DNA of 64,000 nt from a virus. A program made the position numbers and the translations under genes. The stretch covers positions 40,858 through 104,857 of the IMG/VR virus record IMGVR_UViG_3300025133_000042, one strand, 5' to 3'. The notes under the pieces are model-generated. The model had not been told where the DNA came from. It did not search any database and saw only the letters and a list, made by a program, of their open reading frames with translations. Position 1 is the stretch's first letter. Each line of letters starts with the position of its first letter. Below, in pieces: positions 47,342-56,712 of the stretch.

Positions 47342-48472
47342 TTAAGATTCCTCCTTGTTGTTAAATGAATTATTAATACCTGCTAGTATTTTCCAGCGAT
47401 CTATTGCTGGGTCTTTTTTAAATTGCTGTCTTTCCGTATTACGTCTAGACATAATCAAAGTTGAAGTCGTTTTGTTAACTGCCTCGCTCAACGATTGTGG
47501 CTGATTGGTGGTGCTGCCCGCTGCGCTCTGAAGTGTTTCAAAGATTATCTTTGCTTCCTCAACTGTCTTCGATTCTGACAATGCTTCGACAACTTTTTGT
47601 TTATGCCGCTCATTAATGGAGTTGTTTGTCAAAACCTGATTTGTATATAAAAGACGCGCGTTGGTTAAATTAGTCTCAACCAACTTATCTTTAGCCTCTT
47701 CTATAATACTAATGTATGTTTGTTTTTCTTTGTTGGAGTTTGATAGCGCTTCATTAAGCTCTGCAATCTTAGCTTCCAAACTTTCGTTCGTCTTCTCAAG
47801 ACCTTCCGAGGCCTTCCTCATGGCAGCCATCTTCTCGCGACGTTCAGAGTCCTGCTCTAGAGCGAGAAGTTCTTCTTCTGCTAGCTCAACGACGGTGTCG
47901 GCAACCAAATTATGGCCCGGGCGGTGTGTGTCGACGCTAAGATCTACCGTAAGGTGCTCTTGAATCTCTGTGGAGTCGTCTGCAGATTGCTCACCTTCTC
48001 TTGCAGCCTCTTCGGGCGTGGATGAAAATGCGTCCTCTTCGACGAGTGTGCGGAGCTGATCGAGGTCTACGTCAAACACCTCTTCTAGCATGGGCTCTTC
48101 TCCAGTCATTTCTATTGCTGCAGCTTCTCGGTCAAAAGCCGGGGGCTCTGGCTCGCCGGCTTCAAGCTGCTTAAGAAGATCGTCGACATTAATCTCTATT
48201 TTTGTAGTTTCTTGGTCGTCCGGACACGCGCAAGCCTCTTCGCCATCGACGCTAGCCATGGGCAGTTCTGGCATTTCTGCCTCTGGCTCGGCCAGGGCCG
48301 GCTCTGGGAGGGGATCTTCCAACGCCATTTCTTCATCTTGTTCCAAGATGGTCTCAACAGCCTCTTTAATTTGGCTAGAATACTTTTCTAACAACGATGC
48401 CTCAGCTGACCTTACTGCAGCTTCCTTCAACGCAGTGGCATCAATTATGGCCTGATCAAGCATGTCTGACAT
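47342..48472 (-). CDS. Prohead scaffolding/core protein (gp22-like)
   Basis: Acidic coiled coil directly upstream of MCP; NARLLYTN, RWKILAGI. Confidence 0.85.
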   Translation of the reverse strand: MSDMLDQAIIDATALKEAAVRSAEASLLEKYSSQIKEAVETILEQDEEMALEDPLPEPALAEPEAEMPELPMASVDGEEACACPDDQETTKIEINVDDLLKQLEAGEPEPPAFDREAAAIEMTGEEPMLEEVFDVDLDQLRTLVEEDAFSSTPEEAAREGEQSADDSTEIQEHLTVDLSVDTHRPGHNLVADTVVELAEEELLALEQDSERREKMAAMRKASEGLEKTNESLEAKIAELNEALSNSNKEKQTYISIIEEAKDKLVETNLTNARLLYTNQVLTNNSINERHKQKVVEALSESKTVEEAKIIFETLQSAAGSTTNQPQSLSEAVNKTTSTLIMSRRNTERQQFKKDPAIDRWKILAGINNSFNNKEES

Positions 48473-48551
48473 ATCACAACTCCTAGAGATTCAAATGTAA
48501 ATAGTATATATTTTTGGAAAAAGACACTTTATATACAGCATGGCAAGGTAG

Positions 48552-49121
48552 CTATATATTGATGCCGGATCCAGAAATATATGTATCGGACATTCTCTCT
48601 GCGGGGATATTAGTCAATTCTGCGTATACTTGATAGCTTGATGTCACATTCGCGCCGGCGCCGACGTTCATCAAACAAACATGATCAGTTCGCACGCCGA
48701 AAGTGATCTTCTGTCCATAATTAGTAGTGCCTGTGACATACTGCAAGATATGTACATGTCCTTTTGAATACTGCATCGGTGCAGAATTAGCTGCACTAGT
48801 TCCAGTCAGGGAAAAGGTATTTTTGCCAGCTTTATCAGTTCCTGCGGCATCTTGCGGACTACCAAAAAACACCAACAAGTTGTTGGTAAACTCGTTGGTG
48901 CTGCTAGCAACAACGAACTTATTTGGGATAGTCTGAACAGTTACCGACTTGGCGACCCGCGGGAACTCAAATTTAATGATACTGCCGCTATTCTGCGAGG
49001 CCTCTAGGTACGAACAAGTTAAAAATGGCGTGCCGGCGGCCTGGTAGGATCCAACATGACCCAAACCAACTCCCGTTGATCCACCAAATATCGCCTGTTT
49101 TGTGGTTGCGTCTGTTGCCAT
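48552..49121 (-). CDS. Hypothetical structural protein
   Basis: GLGHVGSYQAAG.PF...AELTNI; in the head operon. Confidence 0.7.
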   Translation of the reverse strand: MATDATTKQAIFGGSTGVGLGHVGSYQAAGTPFLTCSYLEASQNSGSIIKFEFPRVAKSVTVQTIPNKFVVASSTNEFTNNLLVFFGSPQDAAGTDKAGKNTFSLTGTSAANSAPMQYSKGHVHILQYVTGTTNYGQKITFGVRTDHVCLMNVGAGANVTSSYQVYAELTNIPAERMSDTYISGSGINI

Positions 49122-49124
49122 TTT

Positions 49125-49352
49125 TTACCTCTCTCCGTTGCATGGGTTTCTCAAAGCTTCTGCTTTTTGAGCATTTCGCTTCTTTTTGAGCTTTTCTCTT
49201 CTTCTTTTCGTTGAGGGCTTCTCATAGAACCTCTTATCCAGGAATCTCTCAACAACTTTTTCTTTCTTACATTTTTTAATGAATCTTTTTATTAGTCTTG
49301 TCTGGTCGCCTCTGCAATCTTTCAAGCGAACTACAACGTTTGCGCTAGCCAT
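49125..49352 (-). CDS. rpsU: Ribosomal protein bS21 (phage-encoded)
   Basis: V.V......LIKRFIKK......F..KRFYEKPS.KRRR; 75 aa, basic. Confidence 0.88.
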   Translation of the reverse strand: MASANVVVRLKDCRGDQTRLIKRFIKKCKKEKVVERFLDKRFYEKPSTKRRREKLKKKRNAQKAEALRNPCNGER

Positions 49353-49770
49353 TATTTACCAACTTGCTCCAATTATTACTTGCCAGCTTCATTATTCCAG
49401 CTATATCTACACCAGAATCTTTTGGTGAATAGCCAGACAACGGGTTGGCGCCTGATTTTGCTTCGGGAGGTATCTCCTCCACTCCACTAAATAGATCCAC
49501 ATTTCCAAAACCAACTGATTCATTTAATCTTTTAATTCTTTCTTGTCGTTGGGCTTCCATCTCTGTAGAGCGCCGGTCGAGATCTTGTTTCGTTGGTCGA
49601 GCCTTCTTGGGACTCTCTACCGTAAGGCCTTCGACAACAACTTTTTGTGTACTTAAGCCTTGCGCAACTTCTGTTACTATTCCAGATAAAACGCCCTCTT
49701 CAAAAATGCACTCTTTTATACACTCTTTTATAAGGGGTTTAAGTATTTTTTTTAATTCTGTTTTATTCAT
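49345..49770 (-). CDS. Hypothetical head-operon protein
   Basis: MNKTELKKILKPLIKECIKE, DLFSG, GVDI. Confidence 0.75.
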   Translation of the reverse strand: MNKTELKKILKPLIKECIKECIFEEGVLSGIVTEVAQGLSTQKVVVEGLTVESPKKARPTKQDLDRRSTEMEAQRQERIKRLNESVGFGNVDLFSGVEEIPPEAKSGANPLSGYSPKDSGVDIAGIMKLASNNWSKLVNNG

Positions 49771-49794
49771 TACTAGCCTTTTCTTATATTTTTT

Positions 49795-50424
49795 TTAATC
49801 CTTAAGTATGTCTCTGATGATATCATTAATCTTTTGATCTCTGTTGCCAAGAGATTCATTCATTCCGATAGTTATGCCGGCGGGGGCCGTATTATTCCCA
49901 GTTGATAAGTACGCTCCGGGGGTGGAGGGCTCCGAAACAATATCAAAACAAATTAGTTGAAAGTCGTCTTCGACAATTGTCTGGCCATTGTGCTCTTTGA
50001 CCGTACCTAGGCCGCGGGATGAAATACCTAATTTGACACCAGACTTAACCAATGCCTTTAGAATATTGCCGGATGGAGTATCGAGTACCTCGATCTTGCC
50101 AATAACGTCACTGCCCATAAAGTGCAGCTTGCTGACCAAATGACTTGCATTCTTTAAATTAATTACAGAACTCTCTGGATGGTCCAGCTCACCTAGGGCT
50201 CTTCTTTCTTGAATCGACCTCTGGTAAGCCTCCACTTCTCTTTGTAGCGTCGGCAAACGGTATATTCTTCCGTTTCCATTCTTAACGCCTGCTCTTTGAC
50301 ATACGCCAACGAGATAGACAGTACCATTATTGGCGCGATCGCGCTCAGATTCAGTCAAAACGTCTACGGGGCAGCGGCCCTCAGGGCATAGTTCAAAATA
50401 TTCTTGTAAAAGTTGTTTAGCCAT
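49795..50424 (-). CDS. Prohead protease (gp21-like)
   Basis: NGNGRIY, GELDHP, GISSRGLG, FDIVSEPSTPGA. Confidence 0.95.
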   Translation of the reverse strand: MAKQLLQEYFELCPEGRCPVDVLTESERDRANNGTVYLVGVCQRAGVKNGNGRIYRLPTLQREVEAYQRSIQERRALGELDHPESSVINLKNASHLVSKLHFMGSDVIGKIEVLDTPSGNILKALVKSGVKLGISSRGLGTVKEHNGQTIVEDDFQLICFDIVSEPSTPGAYLSTGNNTAPAGITIGMNESLGNRDQKINDIIRDILKD

Positions 50425-50449
50425 TGTATTGTCATCCACACAAAATGTA

Positions 50450-50473
50450 TAAAAAAGCGGGGCTCACCCCCGC
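50450..50473 (-). terminator. Rho-independent terminator
   Basis: GCGGGG-GTGAG-CCCCGC-TTTTTT. Confidence 0.8.
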
Positions 50474-50529
50474 ATGCTATAGCTGCCAGAACAGCATCGA
50501 CGGACATCCGGCATGTTTTGCCTTCTCAT
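50464..50529 (-). CDS. Putative 21-aa peptide MRRQNMPDVRRCCSGSYSMRG
   Basis: AAGGAGGTGA SD 6 nt before the ATG; ATGA overlap with the upstream stop. Confidence 0.55.
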   Translation of the reverse strand: MRRQNMPDVRRCCSGSYSMRG

Positions 50530-50840
50530 TGTGAATCACCTCCTTGCGTCCTATTTATTTTCAATCCAAAATCATCTAAAATCATACTGAAAAAATAACT
50601 TGTTCCTGCAGAAATACAACCACATAAAAATGCATTTACTAAATTGTATTCAAAGTTAAATAGTTCTGTAAAGCTATTGATACTCCACAAAAATACTCCA
50701 ACCCAAAAACCGACACAGAGAGGGCAATGAAATAAGACGCTCAGCTTGCCATCTTTGGGCCTTATTGGGTTAAAAATTGAGCCGTAAACTAAAATAAAAG
50801 TCATGCCATACGCGGCCAAAATAAAATATAATAAACTCAA
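50526..50840 (-). CDS. DUF1360-like membrane protein with CxxC
   Basis: Three hydrophobic segments, LFHCPLCVGFW; TTG start with GAGG SD. Confidence 0.75.
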   Translation of the reverse strand: MSLLYFILAAYGMTFILVYGSIFNPIRPKDGKLSVLFHCPLCVGFWVGVFLWSINSFTELFNFEYNLVNAFLCGCISAGTSYFFSMILDDFGLKINRTQGGDSQ

Positions 50841-50856
50841 AGCTGCCTCTTTTTTA

Positions 50857-51435
50857 TCAAGCTCTATAAGTTGTCGTCGCAGAAATACCAAAAGGCATGT
50901 GGCCGGGCTGGATGGAACCCTTTTTCTCCCTGTGGTACTTTTGCGGATCAAAATCAGTCGACTCGTCAGGCAGAGGCGCCGCGAGGCGTTGGTCCTGCTC
51001 CTTCTCAAACGCTACCTCGAAGTCAATCTGAGGTCTCTCGTTATCCAAGAACTTGGCTATCGTTAAAAGCGCATGAGGGACAGGCTTGTAATCCGTAGAC
51101 TCTAACAAATCAGCTTCAACGCTAGCATAAAAATCGCCGCCTTGTACAGTTTTTAAATCAATTATTCCCCTTTCAAAAAGGAACTTAAACAGTCGATTTT
51201 GGGTTTCATAAATGGCTTCGCCAAACAGCTCTTTAGCAAAAGCAACAATTCTCTTATCCTTTGTAATGACAATATCAATGTCGTTATGATCGAAAATCAT
51301 AACATCGCCGCGGAGATTTCTCCTAGCTTTTAAGTCCAAAGTCTCAACAACCTTGGGGCGCTCGGGAGAGCTAACTTTGATTCTCAGAGCATCTGATCGC
51401 TTTTTGTTCTTAAATACTTTAATATTAATTGCCAT
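50857..51435 (-). CDS. Hypothetical protein (portal region)
   Basis: 192 aa, GDVMIFDH.DIDIV. Confidence 0.75.
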   Translation of the reverse strand: MAINIKVFKNKKRSDALRIKVSSPERPKVVETLDLKARRNLRGDVMIFDHNDIDIVITKDKRIVAFAKELFGEAIYETQNRLFKFLFERGIIDLKTVQGGDFYASVEADLLESTDYKPVPHALLTIAKFLDNERPQIDFEVAFEKEQDQRLAAPLPDESTDFDPQKYHREKKGSIQPGHMPFGISATTTYRA

Positions 51436-52219
51436 TTTCTTTCATCTCGTGTGTTAGCTGCTGCAGCTTGATTATCTTCTCCACCAAACTATAATTAATC
51501 TCGTGTTCCCTGAAAGAGCCTAAAACTTCTAACAAGCTTTCTTTCTCGGATACATGAGATTCTAATATTTCTTTCTTTATTCTTCCTATTTCCTCGTTTA
51601 AGAACAACTTAAACTCTAGGTTGTCCCCAGGATCAGTAATAAAATGTCTTAAAACCTCCCTCTGCTCTCTCAAGAGGGCCTTGTTGTATTTCTCATTGAA
51701 CTTCTTGAAGAAGGTCTTCACAACCAAGCTATCAACTTTGTGTCCTGGCTTCTCAAGCTGTTTGCTCTCCTTCGTCAGAAGGCCAATAACTTGGTTTTCT
51801 AAAAGCACTTGCTCTTTGGCATTGCCAGATTTGTTAAAAATCTGATATATCGTAGCAATATCTTTATATTGTGGAACAAAGTTGCCAAAAACGGAATTTC
51901 CGAGCTGTTTGTTGATCTTGTTGATTAGTGTATTTTGTTCATTAAATATTTTTTTTCGATCCAGGCTGCTGTACCTCTCTTTTGACTCGGACAAGAGGCT
52001 TCTGGAAAGGTTCTTATCGAAGCTTGAAGTCTCTAGAAGGCATTTATAGATCTTCAGCTCTCTTGAAAGCTCTCTTGACTTAGAGAAGCATTCTTTAATA
52101 ATCTTCATCGCTGTCTTTTCTCTTCCTTTATCACTTTCAGCCACCGCCTTCGTGACTTCGCGAATAAGAGCTTCAAATAAAAAAGCTGTATTTCTTTTTT
52201 TATTATGTTTGAACTTCAT
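51425..52219 (-). CDS. Hypothetical protein (portal region)
   Basis: Start MKFKHNKKRNTAFLFEAL; helical. Confidence 0.8.
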   Translation of the reverse strand: MKFKHNKKRNTAFLFEALIREVTKAVAESDKGREKTAMKIIKECFSKSRELSRELKIYKCLLETSSFDKNLSRSLLSESKERYSSLDRKKIFNEQNTLINKINKQLGNSVFGNFVPQYKDIATIYQIFNKSGNAKEQVLLENQVIGLLTKESKQLEKPGHKVDSLVVKTFFKKFNEKYNKALLREQREVLRHFITDPGDNLEFKLFLNEEIGRIKKEILESHVSEKESLLEVLGSFREHEINYSLVEKIIKLQQLTHEMKENGN

Positions 52220-54188
52220 CTTTATTGTCTTTCCTTTCCATGACTTCAATTAACTTCTTAATTTCAGCATTTGTTGTGAGGATTTCGTCTTCCACCTGAG
52301 AATAATTAGTCTCTATACCTTCCATTGTCATTTTGCCGATGCCAAGTAGCGGGGAATAGCCTTGTAAAAAGTTTCTGTCGACGGCCTTCACGCCAGAAAC
52401 GCCTGACATAGCATGGGCTCTTCGACGTCGGGCGCCGGCGTGTCGATTATCTCCCTTTCCGCCATCTTTTGCCTGTTTCGGCAAATACCATTTTGAATTG
52501 GACTTATCTGTCGTAGTTACTTTTTTACCAAATATGCTCTTTCCAGTGACCTTTACTGGCTCGTCTCGCGACCCTTCGCCCTCGGGGGTTGCCAGGAGAA
52601 CAGAATCGTTTTCTTCGGCTCCAGGCTCTTCATCGCCTAGACCGAGATCTGGCTCGCCCAGCGCTCCGGCGCCGAGATCTTCTCCTGGGCCAGCGCCTAG
52701 GGCGCCTAGGCCTGCTTCGTCTTCCGCGGTAATAGACTCGGCTGCTTTTTCCAGCGATGCTATCAGCTTCTTATCGTAGAACATCTCTTGGGTCATACGA
52801 ACAAACTCTTTTTCAGAAAGGTTGAATAAGTTTTCTGCGACCCAGCGCTTAGAGAAGTAGCCCTCTGTGGCCGCAGAGGCAACTTCAAACTTGGTTCTCC
52901 AAGATTCCAGCTCTTGAAGCTGCGCTAGCTTTGATGGATTGTTAAGTTTGATTTGAAACGAAGTAAGATCCTTTCCGCGGTAGCCTCTCGTAAACAAATG
53001 GACAACACAAATCTTCTCCAGCTCAGATACAATTGAGCGCTGAAGTCTCTGGACTGTCCTTGCGAAACGAATATCCTTTTGAGCCAAAGTAGTCTTGTCC
53101 TCGTCGGCGCCGTCACCTCTAGAAAGATAACTAGCTGGAATCTTAAGGGCACTAAAGAGCTTATCTCTAAGATATTTAATATCATCGATGTCGCCGGTAT
53201 ATTGGCCCCCGGGGAGACTTTCAATCCTAGAATTCTGGCCGCCGCGGACGGGAACAAAGTAATCTTCTTCAATACTTAGCGGATTGTAGCGAAGATCAAC
53301 TTGCCCGGTGTCTGGGTCGACAATTTGGTTGCGTTTCATTTGAGTCATAACACGTTGCATATATTGTTCGACATCTTGCGGCGCTATATTTCCAACATCA
53401 ACGTAAAAAACCCTCCTTTCTGGAGAGCGAACGATACGATAAGCCATAACTGCATCTTCCATGAGAGTCAACTGACGCCAGATGCGGCGAGCCGGCTCCA
53501 AGATAGAGGTGCCATATGGAGAGTACTTGTCGTTGCCCAAGATACGAAAATGCGCGACCTGCCAGTTCTCAAGCGTCAGGCCGGCGGAGTTCCATTGGTA
53601 TTGAACATAGTTGGGATTCTTATCATCTTCGCCTTCTAGCCGTTCGATCTCTGCCAGCGGAAGAGAGACAGCATATTTGATCCCTTCGCCTTCGTCAATA
53701 TCTAAATATAAAAAGAAATCTCCAAACTTGCACATCGAGCGGGCCCAGCCGAAAAGATTGAACTCGATGTTTAAAACCTTAAACATTAAGTTCTCTATCT
53801 CAAGCTTAATTTCCTCGTCATATGTCTTTACTGTCAAGATCTTGTGAAGTTCTGAAGATGTAGAGATCTCATCTGCATATATGTCCATGGCAGAAGCAAT
53901 TTCAGGCATGTACTCCATTTGATCAAAATCAATATACCTTTCAGCACGATTTTGATTTGACATGTAGTTGGCCGTCAGGTTGCCATACGCCGAGTGATGC
54001 TCATCTGACCTCTTGAATGTTTGGCCGCTGGCAGACTTTATCCTGCTGCTGTGCATGTCAAGCTGCGATCTTCGCATGCGACGTTGATCTTGCTTACGAT
54101 ATGTTTGCAGCGGGCCTGATAATAGCCTCGTCAGTTGTCTAAACAGTTTATTTTGTGGATTGTTTGGGTTTGATTTTCTATCTGCCAT
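52203..54188 (-). CDS. Portal protein (gp20-like)
   Basis: EDAVMAYRIVRSPERRVFYVDVGN, EEDYFVP, IESLPGG, ALKIP. Confidence 0.96.
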   Translation of the reverse strand: MADRKSNPNNPQNKLFRQLTRLLSGPLQTYRKQDQRRMRRSQLDMHSSRIKSASGQTFKRSDEHHSAYGNLTANYMSNQNRAERYIDFDQMEYMPEIASAMDIYADEISTSSELHKILTVKTYDEEIKLEIENLMFKVLNIEFNLFGWARSMCKFGDFFLYLDIDEGEGIKYAVSLPLAEIERLEGEDDKNPNYVQYQWNSAGLTLENWQVAHFRILGNDKYSPYGTSILEPARRIWRQLTLMEDAVMAYRIVRSPERRVFYVDVGNIAPQDVEQYMQRVMTQMKRNQIVDPDTGQVDLRYNPLSIEEDYFVPVRGGQNSRIESLPGGQYTGDIDDIKYLRDKLFSALKIPASYLSRGDGADEDKTTLAQKDIRFARTVQRLQRSIVSELEKICVVHLFTRGYRGKDLTSFQIKLNNPSKLAQLQELESWRTKFEVASAATEGYFSKRWVAENLFNLSEKEFVRMTQEMFYDKKLIASLEKAAESITAEDEAGLGALGAGPGEDLGAGALGEPDLGLGDEEPGAEENDSVLLATPEGEGSRDEPVKVTGKSIFGKKVTTTDKSNSKWYLPKQAKDGGKGDNRHAGARRRRAHAMSGVSGVKAVDRNFLQGYSPLLGIGKMTMEGIETNYSQVEDEILTTNAEIKKLIEVMERKDNKDEVQT

Positions 54189-54194
54189 GTTGTA

Positions 54195-55769
54195 TTATCC
54201 CTTCAGGAGCCATATATATTCTAGTTGTTGCTCAATAGCGCGACGGTCAGTAACCGCTTTGTGGCCTTCCATGCCAGAAATCGTCGTGTTCATTTTTGTA
54301 TTTGATTTCGTCATGCAATCTAAAAACGCTTTCTTGTAGCTGATTTCTCTCTGGTTAACTGAGAATGCAATGTCTCTCACCCAACAGCCTATAGCACAAG
54401 ACATAATTAGGTCGTCATTGTACTTTTTCATCGCTTGGGGTTTGCCATTGTGCCACACGAATGTTTTCATCTCATTATAAAGCCTTTTCGAATATATATT
54501 AATCATTTTGTTGCGAATAAACTCCTCAAACTTCGCGACGACAAGAGGCCTAGTCTTCGATGTCATTGAAAAGCCGACGACCGTATTAGTTGAATTCTCG
54601 GCAACGAGAGGGTCAACGTATTCATGAGTTGATTTATAAGAATAAAATAAGTTAGGATATTGTCGCTCTTGAAGCTTATCTAAGACAGTCCAGCCTACAG
54701 TATTGTTTTCTACTGCAACCATGCAGTTCCCATACTCTTTTCCTGCTTCCTGTACAATATTTGCAAATATATCAGGAGTTGGCTTGCCCTTGTATTCCGC
54801 GACGATTTCCATGGTTTCTATTTTGAAAATGTGAAAAGCAGAGAAATCTTTTCCGTCTCCTCTGGCGACGTCGCCTGCAAGAAGATATGTGAATTGTGGG
54901 TCGTGCTCTTCCCAGATCCAAAAATTCCTATCGAAACCTGTTCTATGCTTTGGATCTTTTATATTCTCCTCAACGCGTGTCATATCGTCTGGATGGAAAA
55001 CAGTCTCTCCAGACATATTGAAGTTACATTCAAGCTCCTGGGCGATTTGGCGACGGGACATATTCCTCGTCTCGTTGTCAAACCATTCTCTGTCGCGGTC
55101 AGGATGGGCGTCCCAAGGAAGAGTTGTCAAATAAAAATCATTTGTATTTGACTGGGCGTCGACGCATGCCTGGTGAAACCAGTTGCCAACGCCATTAGGC
55201 GTCGAGAGTGCGATACACCGACCTCCAGTTGACAGCGTGGGATATAGGCCCGTCCACAGTTCCGCGAGACCTTCGACGTGAGCGGCCTCATCAATAACCA
55301 AAAGAGAGAGGGCCTCTGAACGGCCTGCGTCTCCAGAAGTTGAGCTAGCTTTAATTTGGGATTCATTTGAAAGTTCAAAAGAACTTCTATTGTCAATTGT
55401 AATATTTGCGATCGCAAGCCAATCTGGAAGATTTTTATGCATCGCCTTTACCTTTTTAACTAAATTTGTTGCAGTACCAAATTTGGTGGCGATAACAAGA
55501 ATATTTTTGTCGCGATGGAAGTTCATCATCCAGCAAATATATGCAGCTGTAATCGTAGATATGCCGAGCTGGCGCGCCTTAAGGATAAGATTAAAGCGGT
55601 TATTGTTGAAATCCGATATTAAATTGTCTTGAAAGTCATATAGCTTAAAAGGGATAAGGCCTTTCATTGGATGAGATATTTTCACGTAGCTATTGATGAA
55701 ATAGCCAGGATCTTTTCCACACCTTACAATCTCTTTTAAAGTCTCTTTTCTTGTCAAGTGTTGAGGCAT
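54195..55769 (-). CDS. Terminase large subunit (gp17-like)
   Basis: LYDFQ, KARQLGIST, VIDEAA, STPNG, QELEC, DVARG, DDLIM. Confidence 0.97.
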   Translation of the reverse strand: MPQHLTRKETLKEIVRCGKDPGYFINSYVKISHPMKGLIPFKLYDFQDNLISDFNNNRFNLILKARQLGISTITAAYICWMMNFHRDKNILVIATKFGTATNLVKKVKAMHKNLPDWLAIANITIDNRSSFELSNESQIKASSTSGDAGRSEALSLLVIDEAAHVEGLAELWTGLYPTLSTGGRCIALSTPNGVGNWFHQACVDAQSNTNDFYLTTLPWDAHPDRDREWFDNETRNMSRRQIAQELECNFNMSGETVFHPDDMTRVEENIKDPKHRTGFDRNFWIWEEHDPQFTYLLAGDVARGDGKDFSAFHIFKIETMEIVAEYKGKPTPDIFANIVQEAGKEYGNCMVAVENNTVGWTVLDKLQERQYPNLFYSYKSTHEYVDPLVAENSTNTVVGFSMTSKTRPLVVAKFEEFIRNKMINIYSKRLYNEMKTFVWHNGKPQAMKKYNDDLIMSCAIGCWVRDIAFSVNQREISYKKAFLDCMTKSNTKMNTTISGMEGHKAVTDRRAIEQQLEYIWLLKG

Positions 55770-55773
55770 GCTA

Positions 55774-56271
55774 TTAAGCCTCTAGTTCTAAAAATCTCTT
55801 AAAGTCATCCTCTAAGCGGTCATCGCTTGGTTCTGAATGATCCTCTGAACCATCCATTCCACCGATATTATAGACCTTTGTTGCAGTTAGAAATACGCGG
55901 ACTCTGCTTGTTGACTGAACAAGTATATCACATTCAGTTGGCTTAGTCAAAGTGAGAGCGCTGCCAGTGACTTTCTTGTATTCTTTCTTAAGCCACTTGA
56001 CGATATCTCCCATCATCTTTTCGCACTCATTCTCTATGTTGCCGTCGTAGACGTCTTTGAGGAGTATGTCAGATTGATATGAAACGATTAGTTTTGTACC
56101 ACCAACTCTAACGTTAAAACCATCCATCTTCCTGCTATCCACCATCGGATTGCCTTCTTCTCTTTTAAGACCAATTTTAATTGGCTCACCCTTATCATCT
56201 AGCGCGCCGTCGAAGGTATTTGCTGCTGCCTGCGCGATTCCGCGAACTATATCAAGTGTTTTTTGTGACAT
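55774..56271 (-). CDS. Hypothetical protein
   Basis: 165-aa ORF directly upstream of terminase. Confidence 0.75.
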   Translation of the reverse strand: MSQKTLDIVRGIAQAAANTFDGALDDKGEPIKIGLKREEGNPMVDSRKMDGFNVRVGGTKLIVSYQSDILLKDVYDGNIENECEKMMGDIVKWLKKEYKKVTGSALTLTKPTECDILVQSTSRVRVFLTATKVYNIGGMDGSEDHSEPSDDRLEDDFKRFLELEA

Positions 56272-56649
56272 CTATTTCTCTCCTGGCCTCCAACCATCGA
56301 GCCATCTTGGCTCTCTATCTTCTATATATTGGATAAAGCATTTTTCGCAAGCTTCATACTTTAAATAGTATATATCATCTCTAATCGTCTTTATTGTGCT
56401 GTGACAACACGAACAACTTTTTAAACCAACTTTCGACTTGTTAGGTATGATATAAAAGCCATCTTTTAAAATCTTCTCACTGGTCGTTTCGAGCTGCCGC
56501 TTTCTAGATTCAAACTCATTTAGTTGTTCTTTGTAGTCCTTTTCTTTTTCAGGCGTCCATCCAGACTTTGGATTCTGGATTGCCTCTGGGCCATATTTTT
56601 TATTTATAGCTTTCTCAATAGCTGCAACTTTGTTTAAATCTTTTTCCAT
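56272..56649 (-). CDS. Hypothetical Zn-finger protein
   Basis: CSCC...CEKC, ends WLDGWRP. Confidence 0.75.
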   Translation of the reverse strand: MEKDLNKVAAIEKAINKKYGPEAIQNPKSGWTPEKEKDYKEQLNEFESRKRQLETTSEKILKDGFYIIPNKSKVGLKSCSCCHSTIKTIRDDIYYLKYEACEKCFIQYIEDREPRWLDGWRPGEK

Positions 56650-56712
56650 ATAACAAGTAAAATAAATAACTCAATGGCTTGGGTACCATATTACAACATT
56701 AAAGCCCATTTG

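Noticed and set aside
50526-50528. TGA after the CxxC membrane protein as a selenocysteine or read-through codon
   Set aside because: The in-frame continuation is not protein-like, and the strong SD plus ATGA overlap is better explained by a separate small ORF.
9196-55769. Inteins or introns in dnaE, nrdJ, helicase, recA or terminase
   Set aside because: Lengths are normal, motifs are contiguous, and no intein junction or homing-nuclease motifs were seen.
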